From an uncultured Acidobacteriota bacterium (GTDB lineage Bacteria > Acidobacteriota > Vicinamibacteria > Vicinamibacterales > CAVVIG01), in contig CAWACZ010000012.1 of assembly GCA_963780685.1 (NCBI GenBank), forward strand, positions 195,238 through 259,237: a stretch of 64,000 nucleotides of DNA, written 5' to 3'. Every line of letters starts with the position of its first letter. Positions within the stretch are counted from its first letter, which is position 1. The translations under genes and the position numbers were made by a program. The notes under the pieces are model-generated. The model searched no databases, had not been told where the DNA came from, and saw only the letters and a list, made by a program, of their open reading frames with translations. Below are positions 20,140 to 30,836 of the stretch, in pieces.

Positions 20140-22600
20140 ATGAAGGTTTCATTTGCGGTTGCCCTCGTTTCGGCCGTGTTTTGCTCGACGACTGCCGGGC
20201 TTGGTGTTCCTCAGGCGGCCAGTCAGAGCTCCCAGGGCTCCCAGGGCTCCGGCTCCAGGGCTCCCGCTTTTCCCAGGGCCCTCAGGCCGAAAACAGCGGT
20301 GCCGCCGACCGGGCGCAGCTCGATAGATACTGTGTCGCCTGTCACAATGCGCGGCTGAAAACGGGCGGGTTATCGCTCGACGTCGCCGACCCCGCCAACG
20401 TTGGCAGCAACATCGAACTGTGGGAAAAGGTCGTTCGGAAGGTGCGCTCCGGCATGATGCCGCCGCCGGGCCGGCCCGCGCCGTCCGACGAGCAGCGGCG
20501 GGCGCTGGTGTCGTCGCTCGAGACGTCGCTCGACCGCGTCGCGGCCGCGAACCCGCAGCCGGGCCGGCCGCTCGTGCACCGTCTGAATCGCGCCGAGTAC
20601 GCCAACGCGATCCGCGACCTGCTCGCGCTTGAGATCGATCCGGCCCCGCTGCTCCCCGCCGACGATTCGAGCGCCGGGTTCGACAACATTGCCGACGTGC
20701 TCGGGTTGTCCCCGGTCCTCCTCGAAAGCTACCTGTCTGCGGCGGGCCGGATCAGCGCGCTCGCCATCGGTGATCCCAAGACGCCGCCGATGGGCGAGGT
20801 GTACCGCGTGCGCCAGGACGCCTCGCAGTCGCGCCATGTCGAAGGATTGCCACTCGGCACGGTCGGCGGCTTCGTCATCCGGCGGAACATCCCGCTCGAT
20901 GGCGAGTACCGTTCAAGGTCAAGCTGTTTCGGACCAATCTGGGCACGATGCGCGGCCTCGAGTTTCCGCACCAGCTCGAGATCAGCGTCGACGGCCAGCG
21001 AGTCCATCTGGCCTCGTTCGGCGGCGACCTGGATGTCACGGCGTCGAGCGACAACCCGACAACGACTGGAGACGAGATCGACGAGCGGTTCACGGTTCGT
21101 GTGCCCATGAAGGCGGGTCCGCGCGACATCGCGGTGACGTTCCTCGCGAAGACGCACGGCTACAATTCGCGCCGCCTCCAGTCGTACATCCGCAGCTCCG
21201 CCGACACGATCGACTTCTCGGGTCATCCCCACATCGACCAGTTCTTCATGACCGGTCCGCTCAATCCGACCGGTGTCGGCGATACGCCGAGCCGCCGCGC
21301 GATTTTCGTCTGCCGGCCCGCCGGAGCGGCCGACGAGGTGCCCTGCGCACGCACAATCCTGGCGCGGCTGGCCCGTCGCGCCTACCGCGGCGATCTGACC
21401 GACGGCGACGTGCAGATCCTCGTCGACTTCTTCGAGCGCGGACGACAGCAGGCCGGCACGTTCGACGGCGGCATCGACATGGCCCTGCGGCGGGTGCTCG
21501 CCAGCCCCAAGTTCCTGCTGCGCGTGGAACCGGATCCGGCCGGCATCGCCCCGGGGACGGTCTACCGGCTGTCGACCTGGCGCTCGCGTCGCGCCTGTCG
21601 TTCTTCCTCTGGAGCAGCATCCCGACGACGAGTTGCTCGGCGTCGCGGGGAAGGGGGCAGCTGAGGGATCGGCACGGTGCTCGATCAACAGGTCCGCCGC
21701 ATGCTCGCCGATCCCAAGGCCGAGGCGCTGGTCAGCAACTTCGCCGGCCAGTGGCTCTATCTGCGGAACCTCCGCGACAAGGTGCCGAACTCGTTCCAGT
21801 TCCCTGACTTCGACGACGACCTGCGCCGCGCGATGGTGCGTGAGGTGGAACTGTTCTTCCAGAGCGTCGTCGACGAGGATCGCGGCGTTCTCGATTTGAT
21901 GACTGCGGACTACAGCTTCGTGAATGAGCGGCTCGCCAGGCACTACGGCATGCCGAGGATTTACGGCACTCAGTTTCGCCGCGTGACCGTCAGCGACGAG
22001 CGTCGGGGACTGCTCGGCAAGGGCGCCATTCTGATGGCGACCTCGCACGCTCACCGGACCTCGCCCGTGCTGCGCGGCAAGTGGGTGCTGGAGAACATCA
22101 TCGGCGTGTCGCCCGCGCCGCCGCCCGACGACGTGCCGGCGCTGGACGACGAGGAGCGGCCCGAGAAGCCGCGCTCGGGCCGCGAGTCGCTGGACAGCAC
22201 CGCGCGAACCCCGCGTGCGCATCGTGCCACCGCGTGCTCGATCCGATCGGGTTCGCGCTCGAGAATTTCGACGCCGTCGGCGCCTGGCGCACTCGAGACG
22301 GGGGAACGCTGGGCGACGGATCGACGCCTCGGGACAACTGGTCGACGGCACGAAGGTCGACGGCGCGATGGCGCTGCGTCAGGTCGTCGCGAGCCGGAGA
22401 CGTTTGTTCGGACGTTTACGGAAAAGCTGCTGACTTACGCCGTGGGACGCGGACTGACCGCCGCCGACATGTCCGTCGTCCGGTCGGTTGTCCGTGACGC
22501 GCGTGACGGGAACTATCGCTTTTCGTCGCTCGTGCTCGGCATCGTCCACAGTGCACCTTTCCTGATGCGTACGGCGGGGGACCAGGATCGGTCACGGTAG
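20140..22600 (+). pseudogene. DUF1587/DUF1592/DUF1595/DUF1588/DUF1585-type multi-domain protein with CxxCH motif, at least 9 phase changes
   Basis: ATG 20140 MKVSFAVALVSAVFCSTTAG. Pieces are spread over all three phases: LDRYCVACHNARLKTGGLSL...[121 protein letters not shown]. Confidence 0.8.
20226..20290 (+). repeat. Degenerate 9-bp tandem repeat (GCTCCCAGG-like) inside the 5' end of the DUF1592 gene
   Basis: agctcccagggctcccagggctccggctccagggctcccgcttttcccagggccctcagg encodes SSQGSQGSGSRAPAFPRAL. The first phase change of the gene lies in or just after it. Confidence 0.4.
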
Positions 22601-22657
22601 CCGGCGGGACTTCAGGCTCACAGGAGCGAACGACGATCTTCATCACTAAGACGGTCG

Positions 22658-23937
22658 GTGTCGCGGCGGGCGGTCCTCAAGGCGTGGGCGCGACGCTGGC
22701 GTTCCGTTCCTCGACGCGATGGTGCCCGCGGCGACGGCGCTGGCGAAGACGGCGGCGCAGCCGGCGCTCCGGTTCGGCGCCGTGTTCGTGCCGATGGGCG
22801 AGCTGCCCGAGCACTGGACGCCGTCGACGACGGGCCCGGATTCGAGTTCTCGCCGATCCTGAGCCGCTCGAGACGGTTCCCGATCGCTTGGTCGTTTCGA
22901 ACCTCGATCGTCCGCCCGGCGGCACGCACGCGGTCAGCACTCGACATGGCTCACCGGATCGTCGCCGAAGCGGACCGAAGCCGAAGACTTCTACCGCCGG
23001 CATCTCTCTCGATCAGGTCGCGGCGGGGTCGATCGGCAAGGACACGGTGTTCCCGTCGTCGAGATTGCGACCGAGGATCAGGCCGGCTACATCGGCGCGT
23101 GCGACGTGGGCTACAGCTGCGCCTACATGAGCACCATCGCGTGGAAGGGGCCGACGACGCCGCTGCCGATGGAGATCAATCCGCGTGTCGATCTTCGAGC
23201 GGATGTCGGCCGGCCGGGGACGGCCGGCGGATCGGCTCGCGCGCATGAAGGCCGATCAGAGCATTCTCGATTCGGTGCGCCAGGACGTCGCGTCGCTCGA
23301 GCGCGGCCTCGGCGTCGCGACGCGGCGGTCTGAACGAGTATCTCGAGCACGTCCGGAGATCGAGCAGCGTATTCAGCGGGCCGAGCGTCAGGCGAGCGAA
23401 ACGATCGCGATGCCCAGGCGCCGGTCGGCATGCCGGCGTCGTTCGAGGAGCACGTGAGCGGTGATGTTCGAGCTGATGGCGGTCGCCTACGAAGCCGATC
23501 TGACCCGCGTGTTCACCTTCATGATGAACCGCGAAGCCAGCCAGCTCGTGTTCCCGAACCTCGGGATCAACGAGCCGTGGCATCACATCTCGCATCACGG
23601 GAACGAGCCGGAAAAGCTCGAGCCCTCGTGAAGATCAACACCTCGCAGATCGAGCTGTTCGGCCGGTTCCTCGAGCGGCTGCGGACCACGCCCGATGGCG
23701 ACGGCTCGCTGCTCGATCACTCGGTGATCCTCTGGGGCAGCGGCATGAGCGACAGCAACAGCCACTCGGCGCTCGACGTGCCGCTGCTGCTGGCGGGGAA
23801 GGGCGGCGGCCTCATCAAGGGCAACCGTCACTCGCGGCCCCGAAGGGGACGCAGCTCGCCAACGCCATGCTCGACTGGCGCAGAGTTCGGTGCTGAGATC
23901 GACGCTCGGGGTCAGCACGGGACGGTTGGAGCTGTGA
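22658..23937 (+). pseudogene. DUF1552-domain protein (Tat-signal partner of DUF1592), many phase changes
   Basis: GTG 22658 MSRRAVLK, then GATLAF / LDAMVPAATALAKTAAQPALRFGAVFVPMGELPEHW / GPGFEFSPIL / DRLVVSNLDRPPGGTHAVST / IATEDQAGYIGACDVGYSCAYMSTIAWKGPTTPLPMEINPRV / LMAVAYEADLTRVFTFMMNREASQLVFPNLGINEPWHHISHHGNEPEKL / VILWGSGMSDSNSHSALDVPLLLAG. About 7 phase changes fall in the first 520 nt. Confidence 0.8.
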
Positions 23938-24031
23938 CTGCCGAGGACCCAGGACTCGGACCAGGGCTGTCATCAGGCCTCAAGGCGCAGGATCAGGATC
24001 GTAAGTCGGTCTTTCGGTCGCTCGTGTCTCC

Positions 24032-25569
24032 GTGCCTGCGTGGCGGCGTGGCTGTTTCATGGCGCTCGCCGTCACGCTCGAGCCGCCGGTCGATCGATGC
24101 CGTCATCGCCGCGGTCAAGCACGGCGACCGGCCGCGTCCACGCGCTGCTCGCGCAGCGCGTCGACGTCAACGCCGCCGGAGGCCGACGGCACCACGGCGC
24201 TGCACTGGGCGGTGCGTGCCGACGACCGCGAGATGGTGGCTGCTGCCTCAAGCGCCGGCGCGAGGGCCGGAACGCGGCGAACCGCTACGGCGTCACGCCG
24301 CTCCGGCTGGCCGCCACCAACGGCAGCGCGGCTTCATCGGGACGCTGCTCGAGGCGGGCGCGAGCCCTCAACACCGCCAACGCCGAAGGCGAGACAGCTG
24401 CTGATGACCGCGGCGCGCGCCGGCAGCGTCGACGCCGTGAAGGCTGCTCGCGCGCGCGGCGCCGACGTCAACGCGCGGGAGAACTGGTTCGGCGAGACCG
24501 GCGCTGATGTGGGCGGCCGCCGAGAACCACGCCGAGCGTCGTCCGCGCGCTGGTGTCGCTCGGCGCTGACATCAACGCCGCTCGGCGGACGTCGCGGCGC
24601 CGGAGCTCGAGTTCCCGAAGAGCGGCGGGCCGAATATGCCGTTCCGCGCGGCGGCCGGACGCCGCTGATGTACGCGGCGCGCGAAGGCGCGCTCGACGCG
24701 GCGCGCGCGCTCGTGGACCCGGCGCCGAGATCCAAGCCGTGGCGCTGCCGCAGACGACGTGACGCTCACCGACGACATGCGAAGCGAGCCGAGAACGCGT
24801 CGGCACCACCGCGCTGGTCTACGCGATCATCAACGCGCACTTCGATCTCGCCGCGATGCTGCTCGAGCACGGCGCCGATCCGAATATCGCGGACTACACC
24901 GGCATGGCGGCGCTGTACGCCGCCGTCGAGTGGAACACGCTGCAGTGGGTCAGAGCCGGCCGGCGCCGATCCGCGCGACACGCTCGACGGCGCCGGGCTC
25001 GTCGAACGGCTGCTCGCCCATGGCGCCGACCCGAACGCCAGCTTAAGGCGGCACGCCGCTCAAGATCTCTCGATCCGGCGCGACACTGAATTTCGGCAAA
25101 GGCGCGACGCCGCTGATGCGCGCCGCACGGACGAACGATGTCGGGTCGATGCGCCTGCTGCTCGAGTGGGGCGCCGATCCGTGGGCGGCGTTGCCCGACG
25201 GCACGACGCTGCTGATGATTGCCGCCGGCCAGGGGCTCGGGTCATTGCGCGGCGAAGGGCCGCGAATCCGCGTGCCCACCGAGGAAGGTGCGCTGTCAGG
25301 CGGTCCGCTGCTGCTCGACCGCGGCCTGCCCGTCAACGCGGCAACAAGGCCGGCAACACCGCTCTGCACGCCGCAGTCAGGCGTGGCGATCGCGTGGTGA
25401 AGCTGCTGGCGGAACGCGGCGCCGATCTGCACGCGAAGAACAAGGCGGGTTTCACCCCTCTCGATCTTGCGCTCGGATGGGCGAAGACGCCGTGGCGGTG
25501 ATGCCACGCCGTCGTACGGGAGAGCACCGCGGCGTTGCTTCGCCAGTTGATGGGCGCGCCAGCGCAGTG
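24032..25569 (+). pseudogene. Secreted ankyrin-repeat protein, many phase changes
   Basis: Ankyrin-like pieces in all phases: IDAVIAAVKHGD, VDVNAA..DGTTALHWAVRADDREMV, NRYGVTPLRLAATNGSA, GADVNARENWFGET, GRTPLMYAAREGALDAARALV, MLLEHGADPNIADYTGMAALYAAVEW, ATPLMRAARTNDVGSMRLLLEWGADP, AGNTALHAAVRRGDRVVKLLAERGADLHAKNKAGFTPLDLA. Tail AVVRESTAALLRQLMGAPAQ* ends at TGA 25567-25569. Confidence 0.7.
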
Positions 25570-25780
25570 ACGGCCACCGGCCATGGCCGGCGCTACCTTC
25601 GATCGACGCGCTACGCGCCGAACTCCCCACGGAGCCAGGCTTCCGAAATCGACGAAATCTCCCTCGAAAACGAGAAGGGCTCGGCGTTTCACCGGTCGCA
25701 TCCGTGCGCTGAAGTTCGTTTCACGGCCGACGGACAATTGGCCCTCCAAGTCGCCGGGAGTTCGATGGTGGTCCTCGCGA

Positions 25781-26532
25781 TCACCGCGCCGCACACGGTG
25801 TAGGATTCCAACCTGTCGAATCGGGTTGCTTCTTGAAGTGCGTACTCGTGATGAAGGGACCGTTCAGGTACGTCGGATCGTCGACGATCGCTTTTACGAT
25901 CACCCAGGAATCGCCATTCGCCTCGTTGACGCGATCGTAGTATCGGTCACCTGCGCGTTCGCACTGTACGGCACACCGTTCTTTCGCAGATATCCGGGCT
26001 TCAACCGCGTGGTCGTCACCTTCAGGCCGCCGCCAGGAACTGGCCCTCGCGCGCCGGCCGCCACGTCCCAGGACGCGGTGGAAACGCCCTGCCAGTCGCC
26101 ACCCTTGCCGGCCGGCGTCGTGCCAAACTGCAGCAGACGCGTCTGCGTCCCGCTATCCATCTCCACCTTGAGCGTGTTGGCGTCCTGCCACGTGATGTGC
26201 AAGCGTCCCGGCACGCGCATGATCGCCGCGGCTCCGTAGGCCTTGCATTGATTGCCTGCCGCTTCGTCCTTGCCGGGATCCCACGCGTCGGCGACTTTCC
26301 GCCCCTCGGCGTTGAGCGGCAGGCTCGCGTAGTCGCCCTTGGCCGGCGTCACCATCCGATAGAGCCAGTCTTCGGTCACGACCGACACCCAGTACCCAGT
26401 CAGATCGACCGGCGCCGCGTCCCTCGGAGCTGCGCCCCGCTGTGGCGCGTTGGGCGCCTGGGCGCTCGCTGACCCGGCAACGACGGCCGGGAGAAGGGCG
26501 ACGGCAAGAATGCAAAAACGAACGGTCTTCAT
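25781..26532 (-). CDS. Secreted hypothetical protein; apparent frameshift near 25950
   Basis: Signal peptide MKTVRFCILAVALLPAVVAGSASA; DLTGYWVSVVTEDWLYRMVTPAKGDYASLPLNAEGRKVADAWDP. The tail in another phase reads RYYDRVNEANGDSWVIVKAIVDDPTYLNGPFITSTHFKKQPDSTGWNPTPCAAR*. Confidence 0.65.
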
Positions 26533-27489
26533 TTACCTGTTCGCGGTCAGGCTCTTGTAGACAGCCTCGACAAATCTCTCCGGCGTACCGGAACCAGACT
26601 TCGCGCCATATCGGCCGTCGTAGTCCTTCGTCAGACCGGCCGCTTTCACCTGATCGAGCGTCATGCCCTTGCCGATCGCCGCCTGAATCCGGTCGCGAAT
26701 GATGGTCACCATGTCCCGGTACTCGAGCAGGTCGGGTTGATCGCAGATGCGACCGTGCCCGGGAACGATGTAGGTGCCTCCCTCGTCTTGGAAACCGACC
26801 ACGGTGAGCTCGAGGATCCTGTTCAACGCGTCGATCTCACCTTGGATGCTGCCGCCCCGTTCCAGGTCGATGAAGGGATAGCTCGTCGTCACGAAGATGT
26901 CGCCGGTGGCGACGACGTCGGAGCGGCGAAAAAAGACCAGGCTGTCACCATCAGTGTGCGCCGCAGGCTGGTGGATGATTTCGACAGCCTCACCGTTGAA
27001 GAAGAGCTGCTTGCGTCCCGACCGATAGGTTTCGGTCGGCCACGATCCGAAGGGAATCTCGGCGCGCGCACCGGTCGGCGCGCTCATCCGCTGCAGCACG
27101 TTGTCGTGGGCGTAGATCTGTGCCCCGACGCCCGCGTCCCTGAGATTGCCGGTGATGTTCGCCCCCACATACGTCAAGCCGGCTTTCCGGACGGTATCGT
27201 TGCCGCCCGTGTGATCCGGGTGCATATGCGTGTTGACGATGTACTGAATCGGCTTGTCCGACAGCGTCCGGATCGCGGCGACCACCTGCTCGGCCTTCTC
27301 GGCCACGCCGGTGTCCACCACCAGAACTCCGGTGTCGCCAACCTGCACGGTGACATTCGAGCCGGCGCCCGTCAGAAGGAACACATTCCCCTGGACCCTC
27401 AGGATTTCAATGCCACCCGCGCTCGATTGAGCGAGCGTCGTGACGACCAGGAAGCTGACGAACGCCAACGAGGCAACCAGTGCTTTCAT
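26533..27489 (-). CDS. Secreted MBL-fold metallo-hydrolase
   Basis: From ATG 27489: MKALVASLAFVSFLVVTTLAQS...; metal box NTHMHPDHTGGN, later HQPAAHTDGDSLVFF and VPGHG. ATGA overlap with the upstream gene. Confidence 0.85.
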   Translation of the reverse strand: MKALVASLAFVSFLVVTTLAQSSAGGIEILRVQGNVFLLTGAGSNVTVQVGDTGVLVVDTGVAEKAEQVVAAIRTLSDKPIQYIVNTHMHPDHTGGNDTVRKAGLTYVGANITGNLRDAGVGAQIYAHDNVLQRMSAPTGARAEIPFGSWPTETYRSGRKQLFFNGEAVEIIHQPAAHTDGDSLVFFRRSDVVATGDIFVTTSYPFIDLERGGSIQGEIDALNRILELTVVGFQDEGGTYIVPGHGRICDQPDLLEYRDMVTIIRDRIQAAIGKGMTLDQVKAAGLTKDYDGRYGAKSGSGTPERFVEAVYKSLTANR

Positions 27490-28382
27490 TTGCCACCCGT
27501 CTTCTTCAACGTCGCCTGGTATTCGGGGTAGATGGTCTCCGCCCCGCCCAGGGCCGCTTCCAGCGGAATCTTGTGGAGGTCGGCAAATTCGCGCAGAAAC
27601 GGATTCGCTCCAGGTTGATAGTGGGGCACGGTGCCCGCAGGCCGATCGATCTCGACGACAGACGCGCACGGATACAACCACGTCTGGCCGTTCTGAACTC
27701 GGAGCAGCAAATCCGTCGTTCTGATGAGCGGTTCACTCAGCGTAATCGGATCGCTCAGTACGGAGGTGTGCGTGAGATGGTCGCCGTGGCGGATGAAGTG
27801 TTCGGTCAGCGTCGCCTGGTCGGTGTGTCGCAACCCGTTGCGTCGCAGCCATCCCCATTTGAGGTGCGTGGTGTAGACCGTCAAGATATTGCCTTCCCAC
27901 TTGCCGGTCGAAAAGCCCATCCACGTATGCGGTGCGGCCTCAGAAGGGTGCGGCCGATCGTCCATCCAGATCGTCCGTGTCTGCTGATAGTTGTCGAGGT
28001 ACTGCTTGATGGCGATCAGCTTCTGCGACACTGGATCGCGTTCTTCCCAGATTCGAAGATTGAACGGTCCGCGGTAGATGTACGACACGATGTGAACTTC
28101 GCATTGATGCTCGGGGATGGTGAAACGCGAAGCATCCCACGCCAGCCCATACATCCGCGCCCCGTCAGTGAGCGGAATCCCGAGGTAATTCGCCAGTTCG
28201 GGACCGGGTCCGCGCTCGCGTTGATCTTCGTGGAAGACCGGACCCCAATTGCCGGCGAGAGAAACGCCCGGCCCGATCGGATTGTATCCACCGGGCCCCT
28301 GTGCGACCGAGGCGACACCCGACAGCACAACCGCCGACGCGCTCGTGAGCACTGCCGCCTTGAAGCGTTGAACCCATTTCAT
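27486..28382 (-). CDS. Secreted hypothetical protein (298 aa)
   Basis: Signal peptide MKWVQRFKAAVLTSASAVVLSGVASVAQG. Intact ORF, Trp/Tyr-rich, coupled to the MBL gene. No family recognised. Confidence 0.7.
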   Translation of the reverse strand: MKWVQRFKAAVLTSASAVVLSGVASVAQGPGGYNPIGPGVSLAGNWGPVFHEDQRERGPGPELANYLGIPLTDGARMYGLAWDASRFTIPEHQCEVHIVSYIYRGPFNLRIWEERDPVSQKLIAIKQYLDNYQQTRTIWMDDRPHPSEAAPHTWMGFSTGKWEGNILTVYTTHLKWGWLRRNGLRHTDQATLTEHFIRHGDHLTHTSVLSDPITLSEPLIRTTDLLLRVQNGQTWLYPCASVVEIDRPAGTVPHYQPGANPFLREFADLHKIPLEAALGGAETIYPEYQATLKKTGGK

Positions 28383-28388
28383 AAAGCA

Positions 28389-29506
28389 CTACACCTTGAA
28401 GCGCGGAAACAACCGCTCGGCATTGCCTCGAGCCATCATCTGCATGAACTCCTTCGAGAGTCCCAGATTGGGAAGCTCGTCGACCGTCGTTTCGATGGGC
28501 TCCGGCGAGTAGTCCGTTCCAAAGAGGATGCGGTCGGGAGGCATGAACTTCATCATCGCCGACATCGGGAACGAAAAGCTGGCGTGCGCGATGTCGTAAT
28601 ACCACTTCCTCAATTCGGCCCACAGGCCATTGGGAATGTACTTCAACCGCTCGCCATCGTCCGGATAGCGATCCTTCATGCGTCCAGCCAGCATCGGCAC
28701 CGTTCCACCGGAATGTACGGTGATGAAGCGGATGTTGGGATAGCGGAACATCACGCCGTTGACGACGATGCTCGTGACGGCCCGGGTGACGTCGAAATCG
28801 TACTCGAGCATGTTCGCGGCTGCTCCGTACCGAGGTTGTTGCAGCAGGTAGGAGCCAGCGGATGCACGAACACGACGGCGTTGCGTCGATTGAGCTCCTG
28901 CCACATCGGCTCGAAGTAGTTGTCGCCGGGCCAGCGGCCCTTGTTGTCGTTGGTGTAGATGCCGACGCCGTCGACTCTCAACGTGTCGTAGCAATACTCG
29001 ATTTCCTTCAACGTCCCGTCGAGGTCCGGAAGCGGGACACCACCGAACAGGCCGTATCGCTTCGGGTATTGCTGCACGAGCCTGGCGCCGTATTCGTTGC
29101 CCGTTCTGACGGCGGTCCGCCCGCCTTCGGTGCCGCTGTACAGCAGATCGCCCATCTGCGTCATGGAGAGAATGGCGACGCTGATGCCAAACTTGTCCAT
29201 GGCTTCGAGAGATTGATCGGGCGTCCAGTCGCTCCCCCTCGCCCGGCCTCGGGCGGCTCCCGGAGGTGCTGCACCCCTCGAGCCTACCGCCGCCCCCCGC
29301 CCGCCGTTCAATGCGGGTGGCGCGTGATGATGATGCACGTCGATGGCGCCGCCGCGGACGTTCATCTTTGTCACACGACTCTGTGCAGCACCGGCGGCGC
29401 GGCTCATCACCGCTAAAGCGCCGGCGGCGCCAAGCCGCGCGAGAAACTCTCGACGGGTCGCCGTGGAATCGGCCGCGAACGGAAACCACTGCCGGCGGTC
29501 GGTCAT
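28389..29506 (-). CDS. Tat-exported amidohydrolase-2 (ACMSD-like) family protein; apparent frameshift near 28840
   Basis: Tat motif TRREFLARLGAAGALAV; AIDVHHHH metal site; C-terminal part NMLEYDFDVTRAVTSIVVNGVMFRYPNIRFITVHSGGTVPMLAGR...ILFGTDYSPEP lies in ORF 28389..29489, a different phase. Confidence 0.8.
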
Positions 29507-29704
29507 GGCGTCACCTCGAACGAATGTCCCTGGGGAGCCACCGTCGCTTGGTTGCGGCTGTACAGTCGCCCGCCCGCGACGACGGGATGTGCCCGATCAA
29601 CGTGACCATCTTAATGCGGGCTATCCCCCTCGAGGCGGGCTATCCTCTTCACCGTGCAGGGCGCGCGCCACGTTCGTGATGGCCTGCGCACGAAGGCACG
29701 TCAA

Positions 29705-30300
29705 ATGAGGACGAGATCGGCTCTGAAACGCGCGGCTCCATTGCTGGGAATGCCTCTCCTGTTTCCCCTCTTGTTCGTCGCCGCTCGTGCGGCCTTTCCG
29801 GTTGGAACGTTGGCGATCAGGAGTCAAGGGTACTTCTACGTGGGCGGTCAGTACGACAACCCGGCCAATCCGACGTACATGTCGGGCCAGATGTACGTGC
29901 GGTATCAGATCCCCGTCCGGACCAGCGGTGCGCCGACGACGAGGTACCCGGTGGTGATGATCCACGGGGCCGGTCAGCAGGCGACCACCTACACGGGCAC
30001 GCCCGACGATCGATCGGGCTGGGCGGACTACTTTCTCAACAGCGGCTGGCCGGTCTATACAGTGGATCAGCCCGGGCGCGGCAAGTCGATTTACCTGGAG
30101 CGCGCGTACGGGCCGAGGGGCACCAGCGACATTGCGAATCTGGAGAACCTGTTTACTGCGCCGGCGCGCATGCGCCCGTACCCGCAGGCCAGGCTGCACA
30201 CAGTGGCCGGGACCGGGGATGCATGGCGACCCGGTCTTCGACCAGTTCTTCGCCTCGCAGTTCGAAACAGCCTCGCCATTGCCGCCTCTCTCGAAAAGTG
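29705..30300 (+). pseudogene. N-terminal fragment of a secreted alpha/beta hydrolase (frameshifted and truncated before the nucleophile elbow)
   Basis: MRTRSALKRAAPLLGMPLLFPLLFVAARA...YFYVGGQY...YPVVMIHGAGQQATTYTGTPDDRSGWADYFLNSGWPVYTVDQPGRGKS, then HTQWPG.GMHGDPVFDQFFASQ in another phase. No GxSxG follows before the rhodanese ATG at 30316. Confidence 0.5.
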
Positions 30301-30315
30301 GCTGCGCACGACGCT

Positions 30316-30660
30316 ATGAAGGATGTGGCACACGAGCCCCCGCCGGTTCGCCAGCTGGCGGCGCCGGATCTGAAGGCGCTCCTCTCGAGCGGCGCCGCCA
30401 TCGAGCTCGTCGATGTCCGGACCGTGGACGAACGTGCGATCGCCGCCATCGACGGCTCTCGCTTGCTCGACCGGGCGTATCACGACGAGCTGCTTCTCCG
30501 CGATCGGGATACGGCCATCGTCTTCCAGTGCCACCACGGCGTGCGCAGTCAGGGCGCCGCCGAGTACTTCCGCCGTGAGGGATTCCGGAATCTCTACAAT
30601 TTGCAGGGCGGGATCGACGCATGGTCGTTGCTCGTCGATCCGGCCGTCCCGCGCTACTGA
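30316..30660 (+). CDS. Single-domain rhodanese sulfurtransferase
   Basis: MKDVAHEPPPVRQLAAPDLKALLSSGAAIELVDVRTVDE...IVFQCHHGVRSQGAAEYFRREGFRNLYNLQGGIDAWS, with active-site loop CHHGVRS. Confidence 0.85.
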   Translation: MKDVAHEPPPVRQLAAPDLKALLSSGAAIELVDVRTVDERAIAAIDGSRLLDRAYHDELLLRDRDTAIVFQCHHGVRSQGAAEYFRREGFRNLYNLQGGIDAWSLLVDPAVPRY

Positions 30661-30836
30661 GCGTACGCGCCAGGAGCAAACGCGCCCAGAACGCCAGCCA
30701 GTCGCGAGGCACAGAAACCAGGACGGTGTTCCGGGAGTCGCCGCACCGCCGGTGTTTCACTCGGCGCGAACGACTTCGTCGGCCTGGTCGGCCTGCTCGA
30801 GGCTTCCATTTCAGCTCATCAGGCGATAATCCATCC

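Noticed and set aside
22633-22657. Apparent loss of the DUF1552 start codon (ACG where ATG is expected after an AGGAG box)
   Set aside because: A GTG at 22658 directly precedes the Tat-like SRRAVLK motif and can serve as the start. The upstream reading has no start codon in phase and need not be coding.
19953-30300. Idea that the hydrolase C-terminal relic (19953-20110, minus) and the hydrolase N-terminal fragment (29705-30300, plus) are two halves of one gene split by an inversion
   Set aside because: The sequence styles point to different alpha/beta-hydrolase subfamilies: a DLH/S9-like GHGF tail versus a large secreted esterase N-terminus. There are no matching repeats at the supposed breakpoints.
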